DNA of 47,685 nt. It comes from an uncultured Bacteroidales bacterium (GTDB lineage: Bacteria; Bacteroidota; Bacteroidia; Bacteroidales; UBA932). Under the pieces are notes generated by a model. It saw only the letters and a list, made by a program, of their open reading frames with translations. It was not told the origin of the DNA and ran no database searches. The position numbers and the translations under genes were made by a program. The DNA lies in NCBI GenBank assembly GCA_900313205.1, contig OMQK01000005.1, forward strand, positions 1-47,685, written 5' to 3'. Positions within the stretch are counted from its first letter, which is position 1, and each line of letters begins with the position of its first letter. This document shows, in pieces, positions 10,826-19,515 of this stretch.

Positions 10826-12216
10826 AGGCCGTATTTCTTAAGTTTTGCATAGAGCGTGGGCCTGCTCACACCCAGCATCTTTGCTGCGGCAGAGATATTG
10901 CCATCTGTGCGGTCCATCGCCTGACGCACCAGCCGCTCTTCCTCGGCCTCACTCACGGCCTTTATGGTAGTTTCGGCCGCCTTGGCCGCCGACTCCAGCT
11001 GTATGTCTTTTGCCGTCAGTTCGCGACCCTCAGAAAGAATCACCGCCTTCTCAATCACATTCTGCAGTTCACGGATATTCCCGCTCCAGCGGCCACTCTC
11101 AAGCACGGTTTTGGCCGATTCATCAAGCCCCTTCAAAGGCCGATGATATTTATCCGCGAACCTTTCCAGAAACATCTGCGCCAGCGGGACAATGTCTTCT
11201 TTCCGCTCCCTGAGCGCAGGGAGGGCAATATGCACGGTATTGATGCGGTAGTATAGATCCTCGCGGAATCGGCCTTCACGGACAAGCTTCTCCAGGTCCA
11301 TATTGGTGGCGCAGATAAGGCGGATGTTGATTGGCCGGGGCTCTGTGCCGCCCACCCGAACGATGCTCCGGTTCTGGATGGCACGCAGGAGTTTTGCCTG
11401 CAGATGCAGGGGAATATTGCCGATTTCATCCAGGAACAGTGTGCCTCCATCGGCCTGCTCAAACTTACCCACGTGGTCTGTGTGAGCGTCCGTAAACGCA
11501 CCTTTCACGTGGCCGAAGAGCTCGCTCTCGAAGAGGGTTTCAGTGATTGCGCCGGCATCCACTGCCACCATCGGCCTGCTGTTTCTGAGGCTTCTGGCGT
11601 GTATTTCACGTGCCAGGACATCCTTTCCGGTACCGTTTTCGCCGGTGATGAGCACAGTGGCGTCCGTTGGGGCAATCTTATCCACCGTCTTCCGGATGGC
11701 GGCCATGGGCCTGGAGGTACCCCAGAACATCAGACCCCCGATCAGGTCGGGGGTGACGACTCCCGTCATGCCCGACCCTCTCCCCGTCATGCCCGGCTCC
11801 GACCGGGCATCTCTACCCATCGCCTTCCGGGCCTTGTCACGGGCGGCCGTGAGCACCTCAATGAGTTTCTCATTGTCCCACGGCTTCACGATGAAATCAA
11901 ACGCGCCACGCTTCATCCCTTCCACCGCCAACTGGATATCGGCATAAGCGGTAAACAGCACCACCTCCACTTCCGGGACCATCTTCTTGATTTCCCCGGC
12001 CCAATAGAGGCCCTCGTTGCCGGTGTTGATGGACGTGTTGAAATTCATATCCAGAAGCACCACGTCCGGACGGAAGCGTTCCAGCGTTGATACCAGAGTT
12101 ACCGGCGACGGCAGCGTTTCCACCTCTGCGAAATGCACGGGAAGAAGTATCTTCAGCGCCTGGCGAATGCCGGCGTTGTCGTCCACAATCAGTATTTTGC
12201 CCTTCTTTGAAGCCAT
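10822..12216 (-). CDS. sigma54-dependent NtrC-family response regulator (REC-AAA+-Fis HTH)
   Basis: ILIVDD, LLDMNF, GENGTGKD, GAFTDA (GAFTGA-like), FREDLYYR, C-terminal HTH. Confidence 0.95.
   Translation of the reverse strand: MASKKGKILIVDDNAGIRQALKILLPVHFAEVETLPSPVTLVSTLERFRPDVVLLDMNFNTSINTGNEGLYWAGEIKKMVPEVEVVLFTAYADIQLAVEGMKRGAFDFIVKPWDNEKLIEVLTAARDKARKAMGRDARSEPGMTGRGSGMTGVVTPDLIGGLMFWGTSRPMAAIRKTVDKIAPTDATVLITGENGTGKDVLAREIHARSLRNSRPMVAVDAGAITETLFESELFGHVKGAFTDAHTDHVGKFEQADGGTLFLDEIGNIPLHLQAKLLRAIQNRSIVRVGGTEPRPINIRLICATNMDLEKLVREGRFREDLYYRINTVHIALPALRERKEDIVPLAQMFLERFADKYHRPLKGLDESAKTVLESGRWSGNIRELQNVIEKAVILSEGRELTAKDIQLESAAKAAETTIKAVSEAEEERLVRQAMDRTDGNISAAAKMLGVSRPTLYAKLKKYGL
11732..11812. 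repeat. REP cluster inside the REC-AAA+ linker
   Basis: AGACCCCCGATCAGGTCGGGGGTGACG (identical to 5886-5912), half unit at 11764, CGTCATGCCCGGCTCCGACCGGGCATCT (11785-11812). Confidence 0.9.
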
Positions 12217-12258
12217 AACGGTTTACGAATTTACACAATTATTCCCGCACGGGCAAAC

Positions 12259-12371
12259 GCAACTCCCGTGCCTTAAAGCGCATATAACTGATTTCCATGC
12301 GATTACGCCAGGAATCAGAATTGTAAAAGTGTAAAGGAACCCGCAGTAGTTGTAAAGGTTCTTTACAGTGG
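12259..12371 (-). promoter_or_regulatory. sigma54 promoter + IHF-like box + TGTAAA/TTTACA UAS upstream of the regulator
   Basis: AGGCACGGGAGTTGC (12273-12259); box 12281-12305; TGTAAA at 12322, 12330, 12351; CTTTACAGTGG at 12361; same spacing as 9828-9940. Confidence 0.75.
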
Positions 12372-12410
12372 CGTCGGTGGAGGGGGTCCATTAGCGGTTC
12401 TCGGTGGGTA

Positions 12411-12516
12411 GTGGAGGCCGAGTGGCTGACATTCAGCTATTTGCAGAACTCTTTGGGATTACCGGTAACCCCATACAACCGTGCAAGTAATTGATAATAA
12501 GCGCGTTGAGCTCCAC
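12411..12516. repeat. 90-bp-core palindromic element, copy A1
   Basis: Core 12419-12508: box-5-CTCTTTGGGATTACCGGTAACCCCATACAA-5-box; GTGGAG...CTCCAC ends; direct repeat of 13570-13675. Confidence 0.85.
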
Positions 12517-12579
12517 CGCCGTCATAGACATTCCTTATCTTGTGCCAATAATAAACTTGTTAACCAATATCTGATTATT

Positions 12580-13560
12580 ATGGAAGAAAGAAATGACATT
12601 ATTATCTATCAGTCTAATGATGGACTGGTCAAAATGGAAGCGATGGTTGATCCAAACCACGAGACCATATGGGCAACTCAAAAAGCAATTGCAACGTTAT
12701 TTGGCAAAGACGTGTCAGACATTTCAAGACACATACGAAATGTTTACAAGTGTGGCGAACTATCAAGAGAAAGCACTTTGCAAAAAATGCAAATTGCTTT
12801 TTCAGACAGGCCTGTTCAATACTACAATTTAGATGTGATTATTTCTGTCGGCTACCGAGTTAACTCCATTATGGCCACCAACTTCAGGATTTGGGCCACA
12901 GGCATTATAAAGCAGTATATGCTTAAAGGATACGCAATTAATCGAAACATTGTGTCCGAGCAAAAATATGCCGATTTGAAGCAAGCACTTAATCTTCTGG
13001 AAAACGTCTTTAACAAGGAACTTCTTCTTTCATCAGACCAAGTAACAGACCTGTTTGACGTTATACGGGACTACACATACGCCCTTGATACCCTGGACGC
13101 CTATGATTACCAAAGTTTAAAGATAGCAGACACTACCACACCGGAGCGCTTTCACGCAACATACGAAAATGCGATGGAGGTTGTCCACAACTTGAAATCA
13201 AAGATAGGAAGAAGTAATTTATTTGGCGTTGAAAAAGATTCTTCATTCCATAGCAGTATCGGCCAAATATATCAGACCTGGGACGGAAAAGACCTCTATC
13301 CCAGTATAGAGGAAAAAGCCGCAATGATACTCTATCTTGTGGTGAAGAATCATTCTTTCGTAGATGGAAACAAGAGGATAGCCGCTACTCTTTTCCTATG
13401 GTTTATGCAGAATAATGGAATATTGTATCGGCCCAATGGCACAAAGCGTATATCAGACGCCTCTCTTGTGGCTATAACACTTATGATTGCGGAAAGCCAT
13501 ACTGACGAGATGTCTACAATGGTAAAGGTAGTAGTAAGCCTGATAAACCGGAAGAATTAG
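12580..13560 (+). CDS. RhuM N-terminal / Fic-DOC C-terminal protein
   Basis: Likely start MEERNDIIIYQ; ETIWATQKAIATLF, YNLDVIISVGYRVNS, FRIWAT (RhuM); HSFVDGNKR Fic motif; visibly AT-richer than neighbours. Confidence 0.92.
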   Translation: MEERNDIIIYQSNDGLVKMEAMVDPNHETIWATQKAIATLFGKDVSDISRHIRNVYKCGELSRESTLQKMQIAFSDRPVQYYNLDVIISVGYRVNSIMATNFRIWATGIIKQYMLKGYAINRNIVSEQKYADLKQALNLLENVFNKELLLSSDQVTDLFDVIRDYTYALDTLDAYDYQSLKIADTTTPERFHATYENAMEVVHNLKSKIGRSNLFGVEKDSSFHSSIGQIYQTWDGKDLYPSIEEKAAMILYLVVKNHSFVDGNKRIAATLFLWFMQNNGILYRPNGTKRISDASLVAITLMIAESHTDEMSTMVKVVVSLINRKN

Positions 13561-13569
13561 AACTCTATG

Positions 13570-13675
13570 GTGGGGGCTAAGTAACTGACATACAACCATT
13601 TATAGAGTTCTTTGGGATTACCGGTAATCCCAAAGAACCGTATAAATGATTGATAATTAGCGTATTAAGTTCCAC
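13570..13675. repeat. 90-bp-core palindromic element, copy A2
   Basis: Core 13578-13667 with perfect 32-bp palindrome GTTCTTTGGGATTACCGGTAATCCCAAAGAAC (13607-13638). Confidence 0.9.
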
Positions 13676-13704
13676 CGCGTCGGCATTACAATGCTGCGGA
13701 AAAC

Positions 13705-16101
13705 CTACACCGGCCAGATTAGAAGGCCGATGCGGAAGGCGGCGAAGGCGCAGATCCAGGCCACAAGGATGGTGTAGAGGCACAGGAGGATAGCCCAGCG
13801 CCAGGAGCCGGTTTCGTTCTTCAGGGCCACGAAGGTGGCGATGCACGGGAAGTACAGCAGAACGAACACCATGAAGGCAAGGGCGGCGGCGGTGGGAACG
13901 GTGACTTTGAGGGCAGCCTGGAGGGCGGTATCGTCCTCGTCACCCATACCTTCGTATTCCTCTCCGTCCTGGGCATACATAACGCCCAAAGTGCTTATGA
14001 CAAGTTCCTTGGCGCCAACGCCGGCAAGAAGGCCAACGTCCATCTTCCAGTTGAAGCCAAGCGGCTCCATGGCGGGCTCGATGGCCTTTCCGACCATGCC
14101 GATGTACGAGTGTTCCTGCTGATAAGCGGCCGTCTGGTCCGCGTGACGCGGGAAGTACCCTAGGAACCAGATTGCAACTGAGAAGATGAGGATGGTGGTG
14201 GCCATTTTCTCAAGGTACTGCTTGCCCTTTTCCCAAGTGTGGCGCCAGGTGGCTTTCCAGGTGGGCATACGGTACGGCGGCAGTTCCATCACAAACGGGA
14301 GGTCGTCGTCCTTGACGAATTTTCCTATTACAAGGGCCGATAAAATGGCCAGCACTATGCCCAGAAGGTATATTCCAAGCAGCGCCGTGGCGGGACTTCC
14401 GGGGAAGAAAGCGCCTGCGAAGAGAACGAAAATCGGTAATCGGCCTGCGCAGGACATAAACGGAATTATGGCCATGGTGACAAGGCGGGACTTCCGGCTC
14501 TCGATTGAACGTGTAGCCATAATTGCCGGCACGTTGCAACCGAAGCCCATCACCATAGGGATGAAACTCTTTCCGTGAAGGCCGATCCTGTGCATCAGTT
14601 TATCCACGATGAACGCCGCGCGCGCCATATAGCCGCTGTCCTCCATTATGGAAATGAAAAAGTACAGGATCATGATGTTGGGAAGGAACACAAGGACGCT
14701 CCCCACTCCCGCGATGCAGCCGTCAACAACAAGGTCCTTAAGCCAGCCATCGGCCATAAGTGAGCCGACTGCGTTTCCAAGCCAGCCCACCCCGGCCTCT
14801 ATCCAGTCCATAGGATACTGGCCGATTGTGAACGTTGCCCAGAAAACGAACCACAGCAGCACCAGGAAGATGGGGAAAGCCGCCCACTGGTTTGTGACAA
14901 TGGCGTCTATCCTGTCAGTAATGGTGCGGCGGGGCTTTTCTTCCTGATATTTCTGATAGGTCTCGGCAAGGGCGCCCTGGATGAAGGCGTACTTTGCATC
15001 CACAATGGCGCTTTCCATATTGGTGCCCACAATGCCTTCCACGCGCTCACGTTCATCGGCCCGGGCGTCTGAGATATCACCGATGTTCGGCTTTGTGGAA
15101 AGAAGGCGCTCAACCTCCTTGTCCCCTTCCAGATACTTTATGGTTAGGTATCTGGTGGAGTAGGTAGCCTTCAGTTCCTCGTTATATGCTATGTGCCTCT
15201 GGACTCTCTTTATGCTCTTTTCTATCTCCGCGCCGTGGTTGATGTGGATGTGGCGGGCAAGACGGTCATCGGCCCCCTCATATATTTTTATGACGGTGTC
15301 AAAGAGTTCCGGGATGCCGCGGCCGTCACGGGAAACGGTTGGACAGACGGGCATGCCAAGGAGGTAGCCTAGCTGGGTGGTGTCCAGTTTATCCCCCTTG
15401 TGCTCAAGTTCGTCGTACATGTTGAGGGCCATCACAACCCTCAGGTTCATGTCTATGAGCTGGGTTGTGAGATAGAGGTTACGCTCAATGTTTGAGGCGT
15501 CAACCACGTTCACAACAACGTCGGGGGTGGTTTCCAGCAGGTTTTTACGGACATAAAGCTCTTCCGGAGAGTAGGCGCTGAGGGAGTAGGTGCCGGGTAG
15601 GTCCACCAAGGTTATTTCATAATCCCGAAACTTGAAATGGCCTTCCTTGGCGTCCACCGTCACACCTGAGTAATTGCCTACGTGCTCGTGGCTTCCGGAG
15701 GCAATGTTGAATAGTGAAGTTTTTCCGCAGTTAGGATTGCCCACAAGCGCAACACGGATAGAGTGGTGACGTTCCTCGGCAACATGGGCCATGGCTTCTC
15801 CCAGGCGCCGGGGCTCTTCCATATCGGCCGGAAGCCCCTGAAGGTGCTCATCGCTTACCAGCGCCTCCCTGGCTTCCTCCTCAGTTACCACTTCTATAAG
15901 ACGTGCTTCCTCTCTCCGGAGAGAGACTTTATAGCCGATTATTTCATATTCGATAGGGTCCTTCAGGGGAGCGTTGAGGACAACCCTCACTTCCTTTCCC
16001 TTGATGAATCCCATCTCTATAAGACGTTTACGGAAACTGCCGTGACCGTGCACACGCACAATCACCGCCTTTTCCCCGGTCTTAAGGTCTGAAAGTATCA
16101 T
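13705..16101 (-). CDS. feoB: Ferrous iron transporter, FeoA-FeoB fusion
   Basis: FeoA RLIEMGF...APLKDPIEY; G1 GNPNCGKT, VGNYSGVTV, DLPGTYSL, NMYD; GFGCNVPA, MELPPY, PCIAT. Confidence 0.96.
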   Translation of the reverse strand: MILSDLKTGEKAVIVRVHGHGSFRKRLIEMGFIKGKEVRVVLNAPLKDPIEYEIIGYKVSLRREEARLIEVVTEEEAREALVSDEHLQGLPADMEEPRRLGEAMAHVAEERHHSIRVALVGNPNCGKTSLFNIASGSHEHVGNYSGVTVDAKEGHFKFRDYEITLVDLPGTYSLSAYSPEELYVRKNLLETTPDVVVNVVDASNIERNLYLTTQLIDMNLRVVMALNMYDELEHKGDKLDTTQLGYLLGMPVCPTVSRDGRGIPELFDTVIKIYEGADDRLARHIHINHGAEIEKSIKRVQRHIAYNEELKATYSTRYLTIKYLEGDKEVERLLSTKPNIGDISDARADERERVEGIVGTNMESAIVDAKYAFIQGALAETYQKYQEEKPRRTITDRIDAIVTNQWAAFPIFLVLLWFVFWATFTIGQYPMDWIEAGVGWLGNAVGSLMADGWLKDLVVDGCIAGVGSVLVFLPNIMILYFFISIMEDSGYMARAAFIVDKLMHRIGLHGKSFIPMVMGFGCNVPAIMATRSIESRKSRLVTMAIIPFMSCAGRLPIFVLFAGAFFPGSPATALLGIYLLGIVLAILSALVIGKFVKDDDLPFVMELPPYRMPTWKATWRHTWEKGKQYLEKMATTILIFSVAIWFLGYFPRHADQTAAYQQEHSYIGMVGKAIEPAMEPLGFNWKMDVGLLAGVGAKELVISTLGVMYAQDGEEYEGMGDEDDTALQAALKVTVPTAAALAFMVFVLLYFPCIATFVALKNETGSWRWAILLCLYTILVAWICAFAAFRIGLLIWPV

Positions 16102-16119
16102 ATAAAATAATTACCGCCG

Positions 16120-16127
16120 CAAAGTTA
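16120..16127 (-). promoter_or_regulatory. Bacteroidetes -7 element for feoB
   Basis: TAACTTTG 18 bp upstream of the start. Confidence 0.55.
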
Positions 16128-16189
16128 GTGCTTTGCGACGGTATGGTCAATCCCAATAAATGGGGATGGCTGAGCCGGGCGGCCGCTCG

Positions 16190-16295
16190 CTGGCGCGTAA
16201 TGTACTGACTGTGAGTCGATTACGCATAGTCGGGTGCACCTGCAGGTGTACCCGACTTTTATCAAGTGGCTGAATCTCAGCCGTTTATGCGCCAG
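16190..16295. repeat. 90-bp-core palindromic element, copy B1
   Basis: CTGGCGC...GCGCCAG ends; core 16198-16287 with AGTCGGGTGCACCTGCAGGTGTACCCGACT; inverted copy of 18782-18887. Confidence 0.9.
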
Positions 16296-16298
16296 GGC

Positions 16299-16874
16299 CT
16301 AGAAGCTCAGGACCACGCCGGTGCCGTACTGGCCTGCGCCAAAGCGGATGTTTGCGCTGTAATTGCTGTGATTGTACTCAGTAGCAATCCAGTTCAGGCG
16401 CTTTTTGCCGATAACCTGAAGCGGAATACCAACGCTGAGGCAGATGTCACCTGCTGCAAGGAGAGTGGCTCCGGCGGCAAGACCCAATACGGCAAGCGCT
16501 GCCTTGTTGTCATATTCCTTGACTACTTTCTGGCCGTCCTTTTCTTCAAAGGTGACGTGATTGTTCTCGATGGCATAAACAGTAGCGACAGAACCTGCGA
16601 TGGTACCAACCAGGCCGACGCCCGTTGTTGCGGCACCCACGATGGTGAGGATCTTACCGGTCTTGTACTGCTTGCATGCTCCTACGTAGGTCTGATTATA
16701 GACATCCTCGTCAATGAGCTGGAAAACTTCCTGGTCCGTGAGGGCATGGCCATTCTCATCCTCAAGGCCTGCGCGGTGCTGGCTGAGGGTGCTGGGCCGA
16801 TACTGTGCGTTTGCTACAACACCAGAAGCGATGAACGCTACGGCTGCAATAGCCAGAACAATGATCTTTTTCAT
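16299..16874 (-). CDS. Hypothetical exported/membrane protein
   Basis: Signal peptide ending ANA-Q, two Gly/Ala-rich hydrophobic helices, C-terminal Phe. Confidence 0.8.
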   Translation of the reverse strand: MKKIIVLAIAAVAFIASGVVANAQYRPSTLSQHRAGLEDENGHALTDQEVFQLIDEDVYNQTYVGACKQYKTGKILTIVGAATTGVGLVGTIAGSVATVYAIENNHVTFEEKDGQKVVKEYDNKAALAVLGLAAGATLLAAGDICLSVGIPLQVIGKKRLNWIATEYNHSNYSANIRFGAGQYGTGVVLSF

Positions 16875-16879
16875 CCGGC

Positions 16880-17866
16880 TTAAAGATTTGCGTTGTCTTT
16901 CTTCCAGTCTGCAACTGCGGGAACAATGCCAAGGGACACAATCTCATCCCTCATCTTCACAAGGTGCTCATACGAGGCGTCAAGCGCGGCCATTTCCTCT
17001 GCGGTACCCTTGGGAGCGGAGAAGTGGCAGCCGGTGGCGTCAATTACGGTGGGCATAGCCATCATGACATTCTTGTACTTGCCTTCATTGACATAGGTGC
17101 CGGCGGGCCAGTAGAACTTGTCTCCGCCCATTGCGGCCTCGATCATCTTCACGGCCTGGTATGCGGGGCTCTGGAAGGAGCTGCGGCCACGGAGCTTGAT
17201 GATGTTGGAACCACCCTGGATGGTGTTGTGCTTGATTTCTGCAAAGCGCTCTGCGGAAAGAGGAAGCTCTGAAAGGGGCTTTCCGTCAATCTTCACCTGG
17301 CTTGCGAATACTGCCATGGCCTCACCGTGACCACCATAGGTGTGGGCGCCGGTAACTTTGTACTGAGGTACGCCGAACTCCTGTGCAAGGGCCTCCTGCA
17401 GACGGGTGCTGTCAAGGGCTGCGAGGGAAGTGAGCTGTGAGGGCTTAAGGCCGGAGTGAATAAGGGCCGTGAGAGCTGTGACATCGGCCGGATTGAAGAT
17501 AACCACCACAAACTTGGCGTCAGGGCAGTACTTCTTGATGTTGTCGCCGAATTCTGCGGCAATCTGGCAGTTGCCCTTGAGGAGGTCCTCACGGGTCATG
17601 CCTTCCTTACGGGGTGCACCGCCGCTGGAGATGATGTATTTTGCATCCTTGAAGGCCTCTGCGGGATCAATGGTGGCGGTGAAGTTCACGCCCTCGAATG
17701 CGCAGTGGTCCATTTCTGCCAGGACACCCTTGAGACCGGGCTCAAAGATATCGTAGAGGCAGATGTTTGAAGAAAGGCCAAGGCAAGCGGCAGTCTGGGC
17801 CATATTTGAGCCGATCATACCTGCTGCGCCAACAATAAGGAGTTTTTCGTCAGTGAGAAATTTCAT
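16880..17866 (-). CDS. mdh: Malate dehydrogenase (LDH/MDH family)
   Basis: GAAGMIG Rossmann motif, GAPRKEGMTREDLL, NPAD, LDSTR, GGHGE. Confidence 0.9.
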   Translation of the reverse strand: MKFLTDEKLLIVGAAGMIGSNMAQTAACLGLSSNICLYDIFEPGLKGVLAEMDHCAFEGVNFTATIDPAEAFKDAKYIISSGGAPRKEGMTREDLLKGNCQIAAEFGDNIKKYCPDAKFVVVIFNPADVTALTALIHSGLKPSQLTSLAALDSTRLQEALAQEFGVPQYKVTGAHTYGGHGEAMAVFASQVKIDGKPLSELPLSAERFAEIKHNTIQGGSNIIKLRGRSSFQSPAYQAVKMIEAAMGGDKFYWPAGTYVNEGKYKNVMMAMPTVIDATGCHFSAPKGTAEEMAALDASYEHLVKMRDEIVSLGIVPAVADWKKDNANL

Positions 17867-17901
17867 GATATTTTCAATTTACGTTATTTCAATTGCAGCC
17901 A

Positions 17902-17958
17902 CAAAGATACTAATTTCCGCGCAAAAAGTGTTTGAATTCATAAAAATGATTATCTTTG
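17902..17958. promoter_or_regulatory. Divergent Bacteroidetes -7 elements
   Basis: TATCTTTG on - strand (17902-17909, mdh) and on + strand (17951-17958). Confidence 0.6.
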
Positions 17959-18135
17959 CGGTTGAATTTGTAACAATTAGTATGGAGCCTCCCAGTCCGG
18001 TCACATCCAGCCAGTTGAAGGTCGTCGGTTCAGACGATCCTTCCCCACGATTGTCCACCACATCTAACTGAGAAACCTGATATCCTCAAAAAAGAGTATC
18101 GGGCGCTACCGTATTGTTGTTCAGAACACTTTGTA

Positions 18136-18774
18136 ATGGCACTTTATTTAAAGAAGGAACTTGAAAACGAAGCCACCATCGGAGTGTGGCAGATCACAGA
18201 AACAGAGGATGAGCTGATAAAACTTGCAGCCACCCCCACGGATGAGATGGAAGAAATCTCATTCATAAAGAGCGAATCCCTCCGCAAGCAGCGCCTTGCG
18301 GTGAGGGCCCTCCTCAACACCCTGTTTGACGAGAAGGTATACCTGAGCCATCATGATAATGGCAAGCCCTACCTTGAGAACAACCCCACAAATATCTCCA
18401 TCACCCATACTGAAAAGTATGTGGCGGTAATCCTCCACGATGACCAGGACTGCGGCATAGACGTAGAATCTCTGGACCGTGACTTCTCCGCCGTGGAGAA
18501 AAAGGCTCTCAGCGAGGACGAGATTGATGACCTCCCTGATGAGAAGCGCAATGAGCAGCTTGCCATCTACTGGTGCGCCAAGGAAGCCATCTTCAAGCTC
18601 CTGAGCCTCTACAGCGTAGACTTCGCAGAGCAGATAGAGGTGGACCGCTTCCGCTACCGCGGAGAAGGTGAGCTTGAAGCCACCTTCGTGGACAAAGACG
18701 ACGACGAGCAGGAATTCAACCTTGAATACATGACCTTCGACCGCCACGTCCTTGTTTGGGTGGTGGGAGACTAA
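18136..18774 (+). CDS. 4'-phosphopantetheinyl transferase family protein
   Basis: GKPYL, ISITHT, GIDVE, WCAKEAIFK. Confidence 0.9.
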   Translation: MALYLKKELENEATIGVWQITETEDELIKLAATPTDEMEEISFIKSESLRKQRLAVRALLNTLFDEKVYLSHHDNGKPYLENNPTNISITHTEKYVAVILHDDQDCGIDVESLDRDFSAVEKKALSEDEIDDLPDEKRNEQLAIYWCAKEAIFKLLSLYSVDFAEQIEVDRFRYRGEGELEATFVDKDDDEQEFNLEYMTFDRHVLVWVVGD

Positions 18775-18781
18775 TCGGCCC

Positions 18782-18887
18782 CTGGCGCATAAACGGCTGA
18801 GATTCAGCCACTTGATAAAAGTCGGGTGCACCTGCAGGTGCACCCGACTTTGCGTAAGTGACTCAGTGAGAAGGAGTTCTCCGCCAG
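18782..18887. repeat. 90-bp-core palindromic element, copy B2
   Basis: Core 18790-18879 with perfect 34-bp palindrome AAAGTCGGGTGCACCTGCAGGTGCACCCGACTTT (18818-18851), between convergent stops. Confidence 0.9.
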
Positions 18888-18894
18888 GCCGATA

Positions 18895-19401
18895 TTACCT
18901 CAACGGCTCAAGGTCCACGGTACCGGGGATAACATCCACCGGAGGCTCTCCGTGAAGGTAGATGATACGCTGGTTGGGGCTGCCACGGAAAAGGAGGTCC
19001 GTGTCCCTCTGCTCCAGGATGAACGGGCCGTCTACAAGGACGTCCAGCCAGGGAAGCATTGCGGCCATCGTTGGATCAGCCTCAACTTCCTCAAGCGTGA
19101 AACCGGTCCAGCACCAGATGGTCTTTCCGGTTTCTTCCTTGATGCGGCGGGCAAGTTCCGTGAATGCCGGAGCCTGGTACATAGGATCCCCGCCGGAGAA
19201 GGTTACGTTGGACATTGAATCGGCCTTCACTATTTCCAAAAGTTCATCTACTTCCATCCACTTTCCTGCTTTGAAGTCCCAGCTCTGGGGGTTGTGGCAC
19301 CCCTTGCAGCCGTGCTTGCACCCTGCGCAGTAAATGGCCGTTCGGAATCCGGGTCCGTCGGCCATGGTCTGATGCAATATATCAAGTACCCTGATTTTCA
19401 C
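18895..19401 (-). CDS. nrdG: Anaerobic ribonucleotide reductase activase
   Basis: DGPGFR, CKHGCKGCHNP radical-SAM motif, SGGDP, DVLVDGPF, FRGSPNQR; downstream of nrdD. Confidence 0.95.
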   Translation of the reverse strand: MKIRVLDILHQTMADGPGFRTAIYCAGCKHGCKGCHNPQSWDFKAGKWMEVDELLEIVKADSMSNVTFSGGDPMYQAPAFTELARRIKEETGKTIWCWTGFTLEEVEADPTMAAMLPWLDVLVDGPFILEQRDTDLLFRGSPNQRIIYLHGEPPVDVIPGTVDLEPLR

Positions 19402-19410
19402 TGTAATTGT

Positions 19411-19500
19411 TAAATGATTGATTTATAGCCTTTTGGCAAATTTGCTCCAGGCAAAAACGCCCGGAGCAAAATTCATAATCGCCTGTATTTCAATAGTTTA
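19411..19500. repeat. 90-bp-core palindromic element, copy C
   Basis: TAAATGATTGATTTATAGCCTTTTG-5-TTTGCTCCAGGCAAAAACGCCCGGAGCAAA-5-TAATCGCCTGTATTTCAATAGTTTA. Confidence 0.8.
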
Positions 19501-19515
19501 AGTAAAACGGACACC

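Noticed and set aside
12481-12579. N-terminal extension of RhuM-Fic (similar extensions on nrdD, TolC, SDR, kdgK, gnd, GH36)
   Set aside because: They run through repeats, promoters or upstream genes; downstream ATGs match family N-termini.
16190-16217. TGGCGCGTAATGTA resembles the XerC arm of dif
   Set aside because: No XerD arm (TTATGTTAAAT) follows, and the A and C copies of the element lack the resemblance.
12411-19500. Elements as classical integron attC sites or a CRISPR array
   Set aside because: No consistent RYYYAAC...GTTRRRY ends, no intI or cas gene, mixed orientation, and they flank housekeeping genes; spacing is kilobases.
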